A stretch of 63,501 bases of DNA, filler included, from Octopus bimaculoides (taxonomy: Eukaryota), in assembly GCF_001194135.2 (NCBI RefSeq). It is 8 parts of 7 records of this genome, joined end to end, with 100 filler letters (N's around TTAATTAATTAA, not from the genome) between each part and the next. Parts side by side here need not be neighbours in the genome. Positions count along the whole stretch, not along the records: positions 11,548 to 39,084 come from NC_069008.1; positions 39,185 to 40,235 come from NW_026297996.1; 6 more parts are not named here. One strand, written 5' to 3'. Position 1 is the first letter of the stretch; the number at the start of each line of letters is the position of its first letter. This document shows, in pieces, positions 24,978 to 39,840 of the stretch. The translations under genes were made by a program, and so were the position numbers. The notes under the pieces were generated by a model, which saw only the letters and a program-made list of their open reading frames with translations, made no database searches and was not told the origin of the DNA.

Positions 24978-27900
24978 TAAACGAACAAACGAACGAATGA
25001 ACGAACGAACGATCGAACGAACATACGTACGAACGAACGAATGAACAAACGAACGAACAAAAGAACGAATGAACGAACGAACGAACGATCGAACGAACAT
25101 ACGTACGTACGTAAGAACGAACAAACAAAGAAAAGAACGAATGAACGAACAAACGTACGAACGAACGATTGAACGAGCAAACGAAGGAACGAACGTACGT
25201 ACGTACGAAGCAACGAACAAACGAACGAACGTGCGTATGTACGTACGTACGAACGAACGACCGATCGAACGAACGAACAAACGAGCGTACGAAAGAAGGA
25301 ACGAACGAACGATTGAACCAACAAAAGTAGGCATGTACTTAAGAACGAACGTACGTACGTACAAACGACAGAACGAACGTACGTACGAACGAACGTACGT
25401 ACGAACGAAGGAACGAACGTTCGTACGTACGTATGTACGAACGCACGTACGAACGAACAAACAAACGAACGAACGTACGTACGAGTGAACGAACGAATGA
25501 ACAAACGTTCGTACGCATTACGTAGGCAGGGAATTAGGAAAGAACGTATGTACGTACGAACGAACGAACAAAACAACGAACGAGCAAATGTACGTACGAA
25601 CGAGTGAACGTACGTACATATGAACGAACGAACGACCGAACTAATAAACGAACAAACGAACGAATGAACGAAAGCTCGAACGAACATACGTACGAACGAA
25701 CGAATGAACATACGAAGGCACGTACGGATGAACGAACGATCGAACGAACATACGTAAGAACGAACGAACAAACGTACGAACGAACGTACGTACGTATGTA
25801 CGAACGCACGAACGAACGAAAAAAAGAACGAATGAACGTAGGTACGAGTGAACGAACGAATGAACGAACGTTCGTACGCATTACGTAGGCAGGGAATAAA
25901 GAAAGAACGTATGTACGTACGAACGAAGGCTTGAACGAACGAACAAGCAAACTTACGAACGAGTGAACGTACGTACGAACGATCGAACAAACGTACGATC
26001 GAACGAACGTACGTACGAACGAACGATTGAACGAACGAACGTATGCATATACGTACGAACGAACGTACAAACAAACAAACGAGCAAACGAACGATCGAAC
26101 GTACGTAAGAACAAACGAACGAAAGAACGAACAAAACAACGAACGAACGTACGAACAAACGAACGAACGTACGTACGTTCGAACGAACGAACAGACGAAC
26201 GTACGTACGAACGAACGATTGAACAAACGAACGTACGCATATACGTACCAACGAACGTACGTACGAACAAACGAACAAACGAACGTACATACGATAGAAC
26301 GAACGAACGAACGAAGGCATGAACGAACGAACGAACATACGACCGAACGAACGAACTAATGAAGGAACAAACGAATGAACGTACGTGAGACCGAACGAAC
26401 GTACGTATGTACGAAGCAACGAACGTACGTACGTATGAACGAACGAACAATCATACGAACGAACGAAGGAACAAACGATCAAACGTACGTACGAACGAAA
26501 TAACGAACGAATAAACGAAAGAACGAACGTACGTACGAAGGAACGATCGAAAGAACATACGTACGTACGAAGGAACGATCGAAAGAACATACGTACGTAC
26601 GCAAGACCGAACGAACGAAGAAAAGAACGAACGTACGAACGAACGAATGAAGGAACGGACGTACGCATGTACGTAAGAACGAACGAACGTATAAACGAAA
26701 GATAGAATGAACGAACGAATGATCTAACGAATGTTCGTACGTACGAACGAACGAACAAAAGAACGAACTAACGAACGAACGAACTATTGAACGAAAGAAC
26801 GTACGTATGTAAGAACGAACGAACGTACGAACGTATGTAAGTACGTACGACCGAACGAACGAACGTACGTACGTATTACGTAGGCAGGGAATAAGGAATG
26901 AGCGTATGTACGTACGAATGAACAAAGGCATGAACGAACGTACGACCGAACGAACGATCAAACGTACGTACGTACAAACGAGTAAACGTACGTACGTACA
27001 AACGAAATAACGAACGATCAAAAGAATACACGTACGTACGTACGACCCAACGAACGAACGAACGAAAGAAGAAACGAACAAACGTACGTACGAACGAACG
27101 AAATAACGAAGGACCGAACGAACGTACGTACGAACGAACGAACGAACGAACGAAAATACGTACGTACGTAAGAACGAACAAACGAACGAAGAAAAGAAAA
27201 AATGAACAAACGAACGATTGGACGAACGGACGTACGCATGTACGTAAGAACGAACGAACGTAAGTACGTACGTACGAACGAACGAACAAACGAACGTACG
27301 ACCGAACGAACGTACGTACGTATGACGTAGGCAGGGAATAAGGAAAGAACGTATGTACGTACGAACGAAGGTATGAACGAACGAACGAACGTACGACAAA
27401 ACGAACGATTGAACGAGCAAACGAACGAACGAACGTACGAAGCAACGAACAAACGAACGTACGAACGAACGAACAAAAGTACGTATGAAAGAACGAACGT
27501 ACGTACGAACGAACAAAAAAACAAACGTAAGTACGAACGTATATACGAACGAACGTACAAACGAACGAACGATTGAACGAACGAACGTAGGCATGTACGT
27601 AAGAACGAACGAACGTAGGCATGTACGTAAGAACGAACGTACGTACGTACGAACGCACGAACGTACGTATGTACGAACGAACGATCGAACGAACAAATGG
27701 ACGAAAGAACGAACATACGTACGAACGAAGGAACGAACGTTCGTACGTACGTAGGAAAGAACGAACGAACAAACGAACGTACGTACGTAAGAAAGAACGA
27801 TCGAACGAACGTATGTACGTACGAACGAATGAATGAACGAACTATTGAACGAACGAACGTACGTATGTACGAACGCACGAACAAACGTACGTACGAACAA

Positions 27901-30900
27901 ACAAACGAACGAAGGAACAAACGAACGTACGTACGTACGAGTGAACGAACGAAGGAACGAACGTTCGTACGTATTACGTAGACAGGGAATAAGGAAATAA
28001 CGTATGTACGTACGAACGAGTGAAAGTAAGTACGTACGAACGAACGAACGACCGAACTAACGAACGAACAAACGAAGGAACGAAAGAATGAACGAACGAA
28101 AGATAGAACGAACGAATGAACGTACGAACGAACAAATGAACGAACGAACGTACGTACGTATTACGTAGGCAGGGAATAAGGAAAGAGCGTATGTACGTAC
28201 GAACGAACAAAGGCATGAACGAACGTACGACCGAACGAACGATCAAACGTACGTACGTACAAACGAGTAAACGTACGTACGTACAAACGAAATAACGAAC
28301 GATCAAAAGAATACACGTACGTACGTACGACCCAACGAACGAACGAACGAAAGAAGAAACGAACAAACGTACGTACGAACGAACGAAATAACGAAGGACC
28401 GAACGAAATAACGAAGGAACGAAAGAATGAACGAAAGATCTAACAAACGAACGAACGATCGAATGAACATACGTACGTACGAAGGAACAAAAGAACGAAT
28501 GAACGAACGAACGAACATACGTACGTACGTAAGAACGAACAAACGAACGAAGAAAAGAAAAAATGAACGAACGAACGATTGGACGAACGGATGTACGCAT
28601 GTACGTAAGAACGAAGGAACAAACGAACGTACGTACGTATGACGTAGGCAGGGAATAAGGAAAGAACGTATGTACGTACGAACGAAGGTTTGAACGAACG
28701 AACGAACGTACGACAAAACGAACGATTGAACGAGCAAACGAACGAACGAACGAACGACCGATCTAACAAAAGAACGAACAAACGAGCGAACGAAAGAACG
28801 AACGAACGAAAAAACGAACGAACGAACGAACGTACAAAAGTACGAATGAAAGAACGAACGTACGTACGAACGAACAAACGAACGCACGCACGTACAAATG
28901 AAAGAACGAACGAACAATAGAACGAACGAACGAACAAAAGTACGTATGAAAGAACGAACGTACGTACGAACGTATATACGAACGAACGTACAAACGAACG
29001 TAGGCATGTACGTAAGAACGAACGTAGGCATGTACGTAAGAACGAACGTACGTACGAACGAACGCACGAACGTACGTATGTACGAACGAACGAACAAATG
29101 GACGAAAGAACGAACATACGTACGACCGAACGTACGAACGTTCGTCCGTACGTACGTACGTAGGAAAGAACGAACGAACAAACGAACGTACGTACATAAG
29201 AAAGAACGATCGAACGAACGTATGTACGTAAGTACGTACGAACGAATGAATGAACGAACGAACTATTGAACGAACGAACGTACGTATGTACGAACGCAAG
29301 AACGAACGTACGTACGAACAAACAAACGAACGAAGGAACAAACGAACGTACGTACGTACGAGTGAACGAACGAAGGAGCGAAGGAATGAACGAACGTTCG
29401 TACGTATTGCGTAGGCAGGGAATAAGGAAATAACGTATGTACGTACGAACGAACGAAAGAACTAACGAGCAAACGTACGTACGAACGAGTGAAAGTAAGT
29501 ACGTACGAACGAACGACCGAACTAACGAACGAACGAGAGATCGAACGAACGTACGAACGAACAAATGAACGAACGAACGTACGTACGAACGAACGAACGT
29601 ACGTACGAACGAATGATCGAAAGAACGTACGTACGAACGAACGTACGTATGAACGAACGAACAAACGATCAAACGTACGTACGAACAAGATAACGAAGGA
29701 ACGAACGAATGAACTATGGAACGAACGTACGTACGAACGAACAAAAGTACGAATGAAAGAACGAACGTACGTACGAACGGACGATCGAACGAGCGTACGT
29801 ACGTAGAAACGATAGAACGAACGAAGGAAGAAAAGAACGAACGTAAGAACGAACGTACGTACGAACGAACGTACGAACGAACTATTGAACGAACGAACGT
29901 ATGTCAGAACGAACGTACGTACGAACGAACAAACGAACGAATGAACAAACGAACGTACGTACGTAAGTACGAGTGAATGAACGAACGATCGTACGTATTA
30001 CGTAGGCAGGAATAAGGAAAGAACGTATGTACGTACAAACGAACGAATGAACGAACGAAGGCATGAAGGAACGAAAGAACGAACGAGCAAACGTACTACG
30101 AACGAACGAACGACCGAACTAACGAACGAAAGATCGAACGAACGAACGTACGTACGAACGAACGACCGAACAAAAGAACGAATGAACGAACGAACGAACA
30201 AATGAACGAATGAACGTACGTAGAAACGAACGTACGTACGAACGAACGAACGTACGCATGATTGAATGTACGTACGAACGAGTGAACGTACGTACGTACG
30301 AACGAAAGACTAATCTGACGAACGAACAAACGAATGAACGTACGTAGGTACGACCGAACGAACGAACGAACGTACGTATGAACGAGTGAACAATCATACG
30401 AACGAACGAACGAATGAAATAACGAAGGAACGAACACATGGACGAACGAACGTAGGTACGAAAGAACGAATGTACGTACGTACGAAGCAACGAACGAACG
30501 AACGTACGTATGAACGAGCGAACAATCGTACGAACGAACGAACGAACAAACGTACGTACGAACGAACGATCGAACGGACGTAGGTACGAAAGAACGAACG
30601 TTCATACGAACGAACGATCGAAGTACGTGGGTACGAACGAACGAACGACGATCGAACGAAAGTACGTACGTACAAACGAACGTACGTACAAACGAACGTA
30701 CGTACGACCGAACGAGCGAATGAACTAACGTACGTACGTATTACGTAGGCAGGGAATAAGGAAAGAACGTATGTACGTACGAACGAAAAAAGGCATGAAC
30801 GAACGAGTGAACGTACGTACGTACGAACGAACAAACGATCAAAGGAATACACGTACATACGTACGAAACAAGGAACGAACGAACGTACGTACGAACTAGC

Positions 30901-33900
30901 ATAAGTACGTACGAACGAATGAACGAACGAAAGAAACGAACAAACGCACGAACGAACGAAATAACGAACGAATGAATGAAAGATCTAAGTTACGAACGAA
31001 CGATCGGACGAACATACGTACGAACGAATGAACGAACAAATAAACGAACGATCGAACGAACATACGTACGTAAGAACGAACGAAGAAAAGAACGAATGAA
31101 CGTACGTACGAACGAATGTACGTACGAACGAACGATTGGAAGAACGGACGTACTCATGTACGTAAGAATGAACGAACGTACATACGAACGAACAAACGAA
31201 CGTACGTACCACCGAACGTATGTACGTATTAAGTAGGCAGGGAATAAGGAAAGAACGTATGTACTTACAAACGAACGAAGGTATGAACGAACGAATGAAC
31301 GAGCAACCGAACGAACGATCGAACGAACAAATGTGCGAAAGAACGAACGGTGGAACGAACGTTCGTCCGTACGTACGTACGTCGGAAAGAACGAACGAAC
31401 AAACGAACGTACGTACGTAAGAAAGAACGATCGAACAAACGGACGTATGTACGTAAGTACGTACGAACGAATGAATGAACGAACTATTGAACGGACGAAC
31501 GTACGTACGTATGTATGAACGCACGAACGAACGTACGTACGAACGAACAAACAAACGAACGAACGAACAAACGAACGTACGTAAGTACGAGTGAACGAAC
31601 GAATGAACGAACGATCGTACGTATTACGTAAGCAGGGAATAAGGAAAGAACGTATGTACGTACAAACGAACGAATGAACGAACGAAAGAGCAAACGTACG
31701 TACGAACGAGTGAACGTACGTACGAACGAACGACCAAACTAACGGACGAACAAACGAATGAACGAACGAATGAACGAAAGATCGAACGAATGAACGTACG
31801 TACGAATGACCGAATAAAAGAACGAATGAACGAACGAACGTACGTACGAACGAAAGAACGAACGAATGATAGAACGAACGTACGTACGAACGAACAAAAG
31901 AACGCACGAACGTATGTACGAACGAACGAACGAACAAACGAACGTAATAACGAAGGAACGAACGATCGATGGAACGGACATAGGTACGAACGAATGAACG
32001 AACGTACGTAACTACGAACGAACGAACGTTCATACGATTGAACGAACGATTGAACGCACGAAAGATCGAACGAAAGTACGTACGTACGACCGAACGAGCG
32101 AATGAACGAACGTACGTACGTAGGCAGGGAATGAGGTAACAATGTATGTACGTACGAACGAACGAACGAACAAAGGCATGAACGAACGAACGAACGAACA
32201 AAGGCATGAACGAACGAACGAAAGTCAGAACGAACGAACGATCAAACGTAAGTACGTACAACGTAAGAACGAGTGAACGTACGAACGAACAAACGATCAA
32301 AGGAATACACGTACGTACGTACGAAGCAAGGTTCGAACGAACGTACGTACGAACTAGCTTAAGTACTACGAACGAACGAACAAGCCAACGAAAGAAGAAA
32401 CGAACAAACGTACGTACGAAATAAAGAACGAATGAACGAAAGATCTAACGAACGAACGAACGAATGAACGAAAGAACGAACAAAAGAACGAACGAACGAA
32501 GGTACGTACGAACGAACGTAGGTACGAACGAACGAGTGAACGAACGAACGTAAGAACGAACGTACGTACGAACGAACGTACGTACGAACGAGCGTACGTA
32601 AGTATGTACGAACGAACGATTGAACGAACAAATGGACGAAAGAACAAAGGTACGTACGAACGATGGAACGAACGTTCGTCCGAACGTACGTACGTAGGAA
32701 AGAACGAACGAACAAACGAACGTACGTACGTAAGAAAGAACGATTGAACGAAGGAACGTGTGTACGTAGGAACGAACGAACTATTGAACGAACGAACGTA
32801 CGTACGAACGCACGAACGAACGTACGTAGGATCGAAAAAACAAACGAACGAACGAACGTATGAAGGAATGAACGAACTTTCGTACGTATTACATAGGCAG
32901 GGAATAAGGAAAGAACGTATGTACGTACGAACGAACGAACGAAGGCATGAACGAACGAACGAGCAAACATACGTACGAACGAGTGAATGACCGAACTAAC
33001 GAACGAAAGAACGAACGAACGAACGTACGAAAGATCGAACGAACGAACGAACAAGCGAATGAACGTACGTTCAACCGAACGAACGTACGAAGCAACGAAC
33101 GAACGAACGAACGAACAAATGTACGAAAGAACGAACGGTGGAACGAACGTTCNNNNNNNNNNNNNNNNNNNNNNNNNNNNNNNNNNNNNNNNNNNNNNNN
33201 NNNNNNNNNNNNNNNNNNNNNNNNNNNNNNNNNNNNNNNNNNNNNNNNNNNNNNNNNNNNNNNNNNNNNNNNNNNNNNNNNNNNNNNNNNNNNNNNNNNN
33301 NNNNNNNNNNNNNNNNNNNNNNNNNNNNNNNNNNNNNNNNNNNNNNNNNNNNNNNNNNNNNNNNNNNNNNNNNNNNNNNNNNNNNNNNNNNNNNNNNNNN
33401 NNNNNNNNNNNNNNNNNNNNNNNNNNNNNNNNNNNNNNNNNNNNNNNNNNNNNNNNNNNNNNNNNNNNNNNNNNNNNNNNNNNNNNNNNNNNNNNNNNNN
33501 NNNNNNNNNNNNNNNNNNNNNNTAGGCAGGGAATAAGGAAAGAACGTATGTACGTACAAACGAACGAATGAACGAACGAAAGAACGAACGAGCAAACGTA
33601 CGTACGAACGAATGAATGATAGAACGTACGTACGAACGAATGAATGATAGAACGTACGTACGTACGAACGAACAAAAGAACGCACGAAAGTATGAACGAA
33701 CGAACGATTGAACGAACGTACGTATGTACGTACGAACGAACGAATGTACGTACGAACGAGTGAACGTACGTACGTACGAACGAGTGAACGTACGAACGAG
33801 TGAACGTACGAACGAGTGAACGTACGAACGAGTGAACGTACGAACGAACAAACGTACGTACGACCAATCCAAAGTACGTACGTACGAAGCAATGAACGAA

Positions 33901-36900
33901 CGAATGTACGTACGTATGAACGAGCGAACAATCGTACGAACGAACAAACGAACGTACGAACGAAATAACGAAGGAACGAACGATCGATCGAACGGACGTA
34001 GGTACCAACGAACGAACGAACGTACGTAGCTACGAACTAACGAACGATCATACGAATGAACGAACGATTGAACGCACGAACGAACGATCGAACGAAAGTA
34101 CGTACGTACGACCGAACGAGCGAATGAACGAACGTNNNNNNNNNNGAACGAACGAACGTCCGAACGACCGAAGAAAAGAACGAATGAACGAACGTACGTA
34201 CGAACGAAAGAACGAACGAATGAATGATAGAACGTACGTACGTACGAACAAACGAACAAAAGAACGAACGAAAGTATGTACGAACGAACGATTGAACAAA
34301 CGTACGCATGTATGTACGAATGAACGAATGTACGTACGAACGAGTGAACGTACGTACGTACGATCGAGTGAACGTACGAACGAGTGAAAGTACGAACGAA
34401 CGAACAAACGTACGTACGTACGAACAAACGAAAGTACGCACGTACGAAGCAATGAACGAACGAATGTACGTACGCATGAACGAGCGAACAATCGTACGAA
34501 CGAACGAACGTACGAACGAACGAACGTACGAACGAACGAACGTACGAACGAAATAACGAACGATCGATCGAACGGACGTAGGTACGAACGAACGAACGTA
34601 CGTAGCGACGAACGAACGATTGAACGTACGAACGAACGATCGAACGAAAGTACGTACGNNNNNNNNNNGACGTAGGTACGAACGAACGAACGTACGTAGC
34701 GACGAACGAACGATTGAACGTACGAACGAACGATCGAACGAAAGTACGTACGTACGTACAACCGAACGAGCGAGCGAATGAACGAACGTACGTAGGCAGG
34801 GAATGAGGAAAGAACGTATGTACGTACGAACGAACAAAGGCATGAACGAAATTCCGATCGAACGAACGATCAAACGTACGTACGCACATACGTAAGAACG
34901 AGTGAACGTACGTACGTACGAACGAACAAACGATCAAAGGAATACACGTACGTACGTACGAAGCAAGGTTCGAACGAACGTACGTACGTACGAACTAGCT
35001 TAAGTACTACGAACGAACGAACAAGCCAACGAAAGAAGAAACGAAGAAACGTACGTACGAACGAAATAACGAAAGATCTAACGAACGAACGATCGAATGA
35101 ACGAAAGAACGAATGAACGAACGAATGTACGAACGAACGAACGTACGTTCGAACGAAGGTACGTACGAACGAACGTTCGTCAGTACGTACGTAGGAAAGA
35201 ACGAACGAACAAACGAACGTACGTACGTAAGAAAGAACGATCGAACGAAGGAGCGTATGTACGTAGGAACGAACGAATTAACGAACGAACGTACGTACNN
35301 NNNNNNNNNNNNNNNNNNNNNNNNNNNNNNNNNNNNNNNNNNNNNNNNNNNNNNNNNNNNNNNNNNNNNNNNNNNNNNNNNNNNNNNNNNNNNNNNNNNN
35401 NNNNNNNNNNNNNNNNNNNNNNNNNNNNNNNNNNNNNNNNNNNNNNNNNNNNNNNNNNNNNNNNNNNNNNNNNNAAGGTACGTACGAACGAACGTAGGTA
35501 CGAACGAACGAGTGAACGAACGAACGTAGGCATGTACGTAAGAACGAACGTACGTACAAACGATCGTACGTAAGTATGTACGAACGAACGATCGAACGAA
35601 CAAATGGACGAAAGAACAAAGGTACGTACGAACGAACGTTCGTCAGTACGTACGTAGGAAAGAACGAACGAACAAACGAACGTACGTACGTAAGAAAGAA
35701 CGATCGAACGAAGGAGCGTATGTACGTAGGAACGAACGAATTAACGAACGAACGTACGTACGAACGCACGAGCGAACGTACGTACGAACGAAAAAACAAA
35801 CGAACGTACGAAGGAATGAACGACCGAACTAACGAACGAACGAACAAGCGAATGAACGTACGTGCGACCGAACGAACGTACGAAGCAACGAACGAACGAA
35901 CAAATGTACGAAAGAACGAACGGTGGAACGAACGTTCGTCCGTACGTACGTAGGAAAGAACGAACAAACGAACGTACGTATGAAAGAACGATCGAAAAAT
36001 CGGACGTATGTACGTAAGTACGTATGTACAAACGAACCAACGAACGTACGTACGAACGAACAAACAAACGTACGTACGTAAGTACGAGTGAACGAACAAA
36101 TGAACGAACGATCGTACGTATTACGTAGGCAGGGAATAAGGAAAGAACTATTACGTACAAACGAACGAACGAAGGCATGATCGAACGAAAGAACGAACGA
36201 GCAAACGTACGTACGAACGAGTAAACGTACGTACGAACGAATGAACGAAAGATCGAACGAACGTACGAACGAACGACCGAAGAAAAGAACGAATGAACGA
36301 ACGAACGTACGTACGAACAAAAGAACGAACGTATGTACGAACGAACGAACGATTGAACGAACGTACGCATGTACGTACGAACGAACGAATGTACGTACGA
36401 ACGANNNNNNNNNNNNNNNNNNNNNNNNNNNNNNNNNNNNNNNNNNNNNNNNNNNNNNNNNNNNNNNNNNNNNNNNNNNNNNNNNNNNNNNNNNNNNNNN
36501 NNNNNNNNNNNNNNNNNNNNNNNNNNNNNNNNNNNNNNNNNNNNNNNNNNNNNNNNNNNNNNNNNNNNNNNNNNNNNNNNNNNNNNNNNNNNNNNNNNNN
36601 NNNNNNNNNNNNNNNNNNNNNNNNNNNNNNNNNNNNNNNNNNNNNNNNNNNNNNNNNNNNNNNNNNNNNNNNNNNNNNNNNNNNNNNNNNNNNNNNNNNN
36701 NNNNNNNNNNNNNNNNNNNNNNNNNNNNNNNNNNNNNNNNNNNNNNNNNNNNNNNNNNNNNNNNNNNNNNNNNNNNNNNNNNNNNNNNNNNNNNNNNNNN
36801 NNNNNNNNNNNNNNNNNNNNNNNNNNNNNNNNNNNNNNNNNNNNNNNNNNNNNNNNNNNNNNNNNNNNNNNNNNNNNNNNNNNNNNNNNNNNNNNNNNNN

Positions 36901-39084
36901 NNNNNNNTCTTACGAACGAACAAACGATCAAAGGAATACCCGTACGTACGTACGAAGCAAGGTTCGAACGAACGTACGTACGAACTAGCTTAAGTACTAC
37001 GAACGAACGAACAAGCCAACGAAAGAAGAAACGAACAAACGTACGTACGAACGAAATAAAGAACGAATGAACGAAAGATCTAACGAACGAACGAACGAAA
37101 GAACGAACAAAAGAACGAACAAAAGAACGAACGAACGAAGGTACGTACGAACGAACGTAGGTACGAACGAACGAGTGAACGAACGAACGTGGGCATGTAC
37201 GTAAGAACGAACGTACGTACGAACGAACGTACGTAAGTATGCACGAACGAACGATCGAACGAACAAATGGACGAAAGAACAAAGGTACGTACGAACGATG
37301 GAACGAACGTTCGTCCGAACGTACGTAGGTAGGAAAGAACGAACGAACAAACGAACGTACGTACGTAAGAAAGAACGATTGAACGAAGGAACGTGTGTAC
37401 GTAGGAACGAACGAACTATTGAACGAACGAACGTACGTACGTACGTACGAACGCACGAACGAACGTACGTAGGAACGAAAAAACAAACGAACGAACGAAC
37501 GTATGAAGGAATGAACGAACTTTCGTACGTATTACATAGGCAGGGAATAAGGAAAGAACGTATGTACGTACGAACGAACGAACGAAGGCATGAACGAACG
37601 AACGAGCAAACGTACGTACGAACGAATGAATGATAGAACGTACGTACGAACGAATGATAGAACGTACGTACGTACGAACAAAAGAACGCACGAACGTATG
37701 AACGAACGAACGATTGAACGAACGTACGTATGTACGTACGAACGAACGAATGTACGTACGAACGAGTGAACCTACGTACGAACGAGTGAACGTACGTACG
37801 TACNNNNNNNNNNACGAACGAATGTACGTACGAACGAGTGAACCTACGTACGAACGAGTGAACGTACGTACGTACGAACGAGTGAACGTACGTACGTACG
37901 AACGAGTGAACGTACGAACGAACAAACGTACGTACGAATGAATAAACAAACGAACGAACAAACGATTGTTCGCTCGTTCATACGTACGTACAAACGTACG
38001 TACGAACGAAATAAAGAACGAATGAACGAAAGATCTAACGAACGAACGAACGAACGAAAGAACGAACAAAAGAACGAACGAACGAAGGTACGTACGAACG
38101 AACGAAGGTACGTACGAACGAACGTAGGTACGAACGAACGAGTGAACGAACGAACGTGGGCATGTACGTAATAACGAACGTACGTACGTAAGAAAGAACG
38201 ATCGAACAAACGGAAGTATGTACGAAAGTACGTACGAACGACCGAACGAACTATTGAACGAACGTACGTACGTATGTACGAATGCACGTACGTACGAATG
38301 AACAAACAAACGAACGAACAAACGAACGTACGTAAGTACGAGTGAACGAACAAATGAACGAACGATCGTACGTATTACGTAGGCAGGGAATAAGGAAAGA
38401 ACGTATGTACGTACAAACGAACGAATGAACGAACGAAGGCATGAACGAACGAAAGAACGAACGAGCAAGCGTACGTACGAACGAGTAAACGTACGTACGA
38501 ACGAACGAACGACCGAACTAACGGACGAACAAACGAAGGAACGAACGAATGAACGAAAGATCGAACGAACGAACGTCCGAACGACCGAAGAAAAGAACGA
38601 ATGAACGAACGTACGTACGAACGAAAGAACGAACGAATGAATGATAGAACGTACGTACGTACGAACAAACGAACAAAAGAACGAACGAACGTATGTACGA
38701 ACGAACGATTGAACAAACGTACGCATGTACGTACGAACGAGTGAACGTACGTACGTACGAACGAGTGAACGAGTGAAAGTACGAACGAACGAACAAACGT
38801 ACGTACGTACGACCAAACGAAAGTACGCACGTACGAAGCAATGAACGAACGAATGTACGTACGTATGAACGAGCGAACAATCGTACGAACGAACGAACGT
38901 AGGAACGAAATAACGAACGATCGATCGAACGGACGTAGGTACGAACGAACGAAAGTACGTACGTACGTACAACCGAACGAGCGAGCGAATGAACGAACGT
39001 ACGTAGGCAGGGAATGAGGAAAGAACGTATGTACGTACGAACGAACGAACGAACAAAGGCATGAACGAAAGTTCGATCGAACGA
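24978..39084. repeat. Complex CpG-dense (AACG/TACG)n satellite with recurring landmark motifs
   Basis: Tetramer units throughout; 20 visible copies of TAGGCAGGGAAT(A/G)AGGAAAGAACGTATG-like landmark. The right end runs into an unsized gap. Confidence 0.97.
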
Positions 39085-39184
39085 NNNNNNNNNNNNNNNN
39101 NNNNNNNNNNNNNNNNNNNNNNNNNNNNTTAATTAATTAANNNNNNNNNNNNNNNNNNNNNNNNNNNNNNNNNNNNNNNNNNNN

Positions 39185-39228
<44 letters not shown>

Positions 39229-39840
39229 GAATTTATAACTTTCTTTAAATATGTATACACACATATATCTTGATATGCATATATCTAGAACTCTTGCGCC
39301 TATGGGAATTTTATTCAGAATACATTAAGTAGATCAAATGACGTTTGTTTTGTTTTCCGACGAGAGATAGGAATATAATGGAAACTTTCTTCAGCCTGAA
39401 ACAATCGTTTTTATAAGTACCATTCACTCGAAATATAAAAACAGAGCAACAAGCGTTTTTTTTTGGTTATGAAATTACAGGATACGGAGAAACATCAAAT
39501 CAAACTGGCGGGATGACAAAATCAAGAACGGAAATGTTGAAATCAAATAACTGGTAATTCCTGTAGAAATTCATTAAACAGTCTTTGTAGATGGTTCGGA
39601 AGTTTCTTTATTGGAATTCGTGTTGAAACTAATTTTGTTGTGTCTAGGGAGAGTCGTTATGCCATTGTTAATGAAGGTGCTTTGACAAAAAAACAAAAAA
39701 CAAACGACTGACAAAGGATTGGAAGTGAACCAGTGTGTGTGTGTGTGTGGTATAATGAGTCTCCCTAGCTGCAACAAAATTTGTTTCAATTCATGGGTTC
39801 AGGTAAAGAATCTTGCAATCTAGATACAACAACGGAGCAT

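Noticed and set aside
24915-39062. Very long minus-strand ORFs (up to 682 aa of FVRS/YVRT) and plus-strand NERT ORFs
   Set aside because: (TTCG/TACG)n rarely forms stop codons and gives the same peptide in all three frames. Several ORFs also run through N gaps.
24978-39084. CRISPR-like reading of the landmark (conserved repeat plus variable spacers)
   Set aside because: The spacers are 187-995+ bp of the same tetramer satellite rather than unique 25-45 bp sequences. There are no cas genes and the context is eukaryotic.
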